A stretch of 64,000 nt of DNA from Blastocladiella emersonii ATCC 22665 (taxonomy: Eukaryota; Fungi; Blastocladiomycota). Numbering within the stretch: the stretch's first letter is position 1; each line of letters begins with the position of its first letter. Position numbers and translations under genes: made by a program. Shown one piece after another: positions 61,540 to 64,000 of this stretch. The notes under the pieces were generated by a model that saw nothing but the letters and a program-made list of their open reading frames with translations, was not told the origin of the DNA and ran no database searches. The DNA is taken from NCBI GenBank assembly GCA_025594325.1, contig JANHCV010000011.1, positions 310,001-374,000 on the forward strand, given 5' to 3'.

Positions 61540-64000
61540 ATGCGCCTCAAGATCTTGAACAACGCTAGCGGCCGTATGGGGTTGACCGGCGTCTGATCTT
61601 GAAGTCAGGTCCACTGACGCGCCGATGCTTAGACTCGGAGCTTGTGAGCTGCCTCGGATGGTCGTCCGGAAGCGAACTGTATACTCTCGGGTATGCAACA
61701 GGCAGTATCATACGCCCGAAGCGCGCTGACAGCCCCTTGTAGCGAGGACCAGAAGCTCCTGCGATGGTCGCACGAGGGCGAGTGCCTCGGCCCCGTCCCG
61801 ACCAACCTGTTCCCGTCCGCATCAGCGACGGCGGCGCAGGGCAACGCGGCTCGGGTAACCATCTACTACACGGCGCTCCACTGGTGCCCGGGCAAGACGG
61901 ACGTGTTTGCTGCGGGAACGAGCGACGGCAAGGTGATGCTGTGCAGCAAGGGCGCGCGCGTCGATAAGGTCATCGAGGCGCACCACGGCGCTATCCTGTC
62001 GCTCGCGTGGTGTAACGATGGGACTGCACTGCTCTCTGGTACGGTCTAGGCGTACGAGGTCTCTAGACCCGACTGAAGCTCGTTCTAATAGGCGGCGAGG
62101 ATGGGATCATCAAGATCTGGTCCAAGTCGGGTATGCTGCGGTCGACCTTCATCACCCAGAGTACGTTACATACCGCTTCAGCATTGCGAGCGGGCGTCAA
62201 CTGATGAGCACACCCGTATCGCAGGCTCTCCTGTCTTCTCGGCTGCGTGGTCCGCCGACGGAAGCCAGATCCTCTTCACGACCAACCGCTCGCTCTCCGT
62301 GAAGCCGCTTCAGGCCGGGACCAAGACGAACACGGTCCGTCGCCGAACTACACCTAGCGAAACCGATCCCACTCACACCTCGCGAATGTCTAGTGGAAGG
62401 CGCACGAGGGCGTCATCCTCAAGGCCGTGTGGAACGAGACGACGGGGCTCATCGTGTCGGGCGGCGAGGACAAAAAGTACAAGGTGTGGGACGCGTTCGG
62501 GCGGCTGTTGTACTCGTCGCAGATGCTCGAGCACACCATCACGTCGCTCGCGTGGTCCATCAACGGCGAGTCGTTTGCTGTCGGCAGCTTCAACAACATT
62601 CGCGTGTGTGACCGGCTCGGGGTACGGTCTCCCTCTGACGGCTTTCGTGCACATCGAGCTGACCGACACGCCGCGTGTAGTGGACGCTGGCGGCATCCTC
62701 GGTGGAAGCGGGCAGCCTGCTCAACCTCAGCTGGATGCCCGACGGCACGACGCTGGCCTTTGTGAGCGCGCGCGGCAACGTCGGGTTCGCGCACACAGTG
62801 GACCGGCGGGTCGAGTGGCGCAACATCGAGGTGGACATTCTCGACGACAAAATCGTGAGCATCAAGGACGCGCGCACGGGGCACGAGGAGCAGCTCGACT
62901 TCAAGGACAAGCTGGTGCATGTCGGGATCGCCTTCTCGACGGTGCTGCTGCTGACGCGCACGCAGGGGCATGTCTTCAACTTTGGCAAGTCGCTCAACGC
63001 CTTTGACCTGCCGTCGGGCATCACGTCAGGCGGGCGCGTCGTGGCCGTGCGCCAGGCCAAGTCCCACTTCGCGACCGTCGACCCGCTCGTCGGCGTCACC
63101 GTGTTCACGTACGCGGGCAAGCCCGTGTGCACCATCAAGCTGCCGCGCGCCGACACGCTGCACGAGGGCGTGCTCGCGCTCAACGACGAGCTGGTCGCGG
63201 TGCGCGACCCGGGCAACGAGTGCGCGGTCCTCACGTTCGATGTTCTGTCGGGCAAGCCCATCAACACGTACAAGCACGGGCACGCTGTGCGGCAGCTGGA
63301 CGTGGACCACGTCGGGCTGTCCAAGACGCTGGCCATCATCGACAAGAACGGCGACCTGCACGTGGCGCAGCTGTCGCGCGGGACGTTTGTCAAGCTCGGC
63401 GGGATGGCCGACTCGATGCGGTTCTGCGAGGAGACGCCGCTGCTGGCGAGCGTCATGGACGGGCGGCTGACGTTCTGGATGTACCCGGGGGTCGTGTTTG
63501 TTGACAGCGACCTGCGTCTGGCGACGCGGCGCGTCAAGGACCACGTCAAGAGCGCGCGGATCCAGTGGTTTGCCGGGTCGCAGTGCCTGCTGCGGCGGAC
63601 GGACGGGTCGGGGATGGTGGTCGGGTGGACGTGCCCGTTCACGCGGCCGCTGCACGAGCTCGCGGCGCGCAAGAAGTGGGACGCGTGCGTGACGCTGTGC
63701 CGCGCGGCCAAGGCGCAGGACCTGTGGGCGGTGCTGGCGGCGCTGGCGCTCAACGGCAACGAGCTCAACACGGCCGAGGTCGCGTACGCGGCCATCGACG
63801 ACGCCAACAAGGTGCAGTACATGTGCTACGTGCGCGAGCTCAAGAGCACCGAGCTGCGCACCGCCGAGATGCACGTCTTCAAGCGCCAGTTCAAGGAGGC
63901 CGAGACCATCCTGCTGTCGTCGGGCAACCCGTACCTCGCGATCCGCATGTGGATCAACCTGCACAACTGGGACCGCGCCCTCGACCTCGCCACGCGGTAC
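61540..64000 (+). CDS. IFT80: Intraflagellar transport protein 80 (WD40 repeats + TPR-like region), multi-exon, runs off the window end
   Basis: [94 protein letters not shown] match IFT80. Confidence 0.93.

Overview
Very GC-rich eukaryotic genomic DNA with short (about 53-110 nt) GT-AG introns, mostly with GTACG donors and CTRAC branch points. IFT80 (flagellar) together with TIM54 (fungal type) points to a zoosporic fungus, plausibly Blastocladiomycota (inference). The first ~15 kb is a transposon island: a spliced Mutator/MULE-like SWIM transposase gene with a C-terminal USP-like cysteine-protease domain, a 33-bp minisatellite, a decayed Ty1/copia pol with a CpG-transition signature, and a LINE RNase H fragment. 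At the island edge, a 431-bp near-perfect inverted duplication copies the 3' end of a Gly/His-rich repeat gene. From 16 to 64 kb the window is gene-rich: Gly-rich protein, TIM54, an ARMC1-like gene, an RGS + AMID/FSP1-type oxidoreductase fusion, a ~1500-aa repeat membrane protein, a DUF4139/4140 protein, a Ser/Thr/Glu/Cys-rich membrane protein, a frameshifted ADAM-type protease, two hypothetical genes, an ABCC transporter, fimbrin, two tandem SLC35F-like transporters and the 5' part of IFT80. All family calls rest on motif recognition by eye; no database searches were run.
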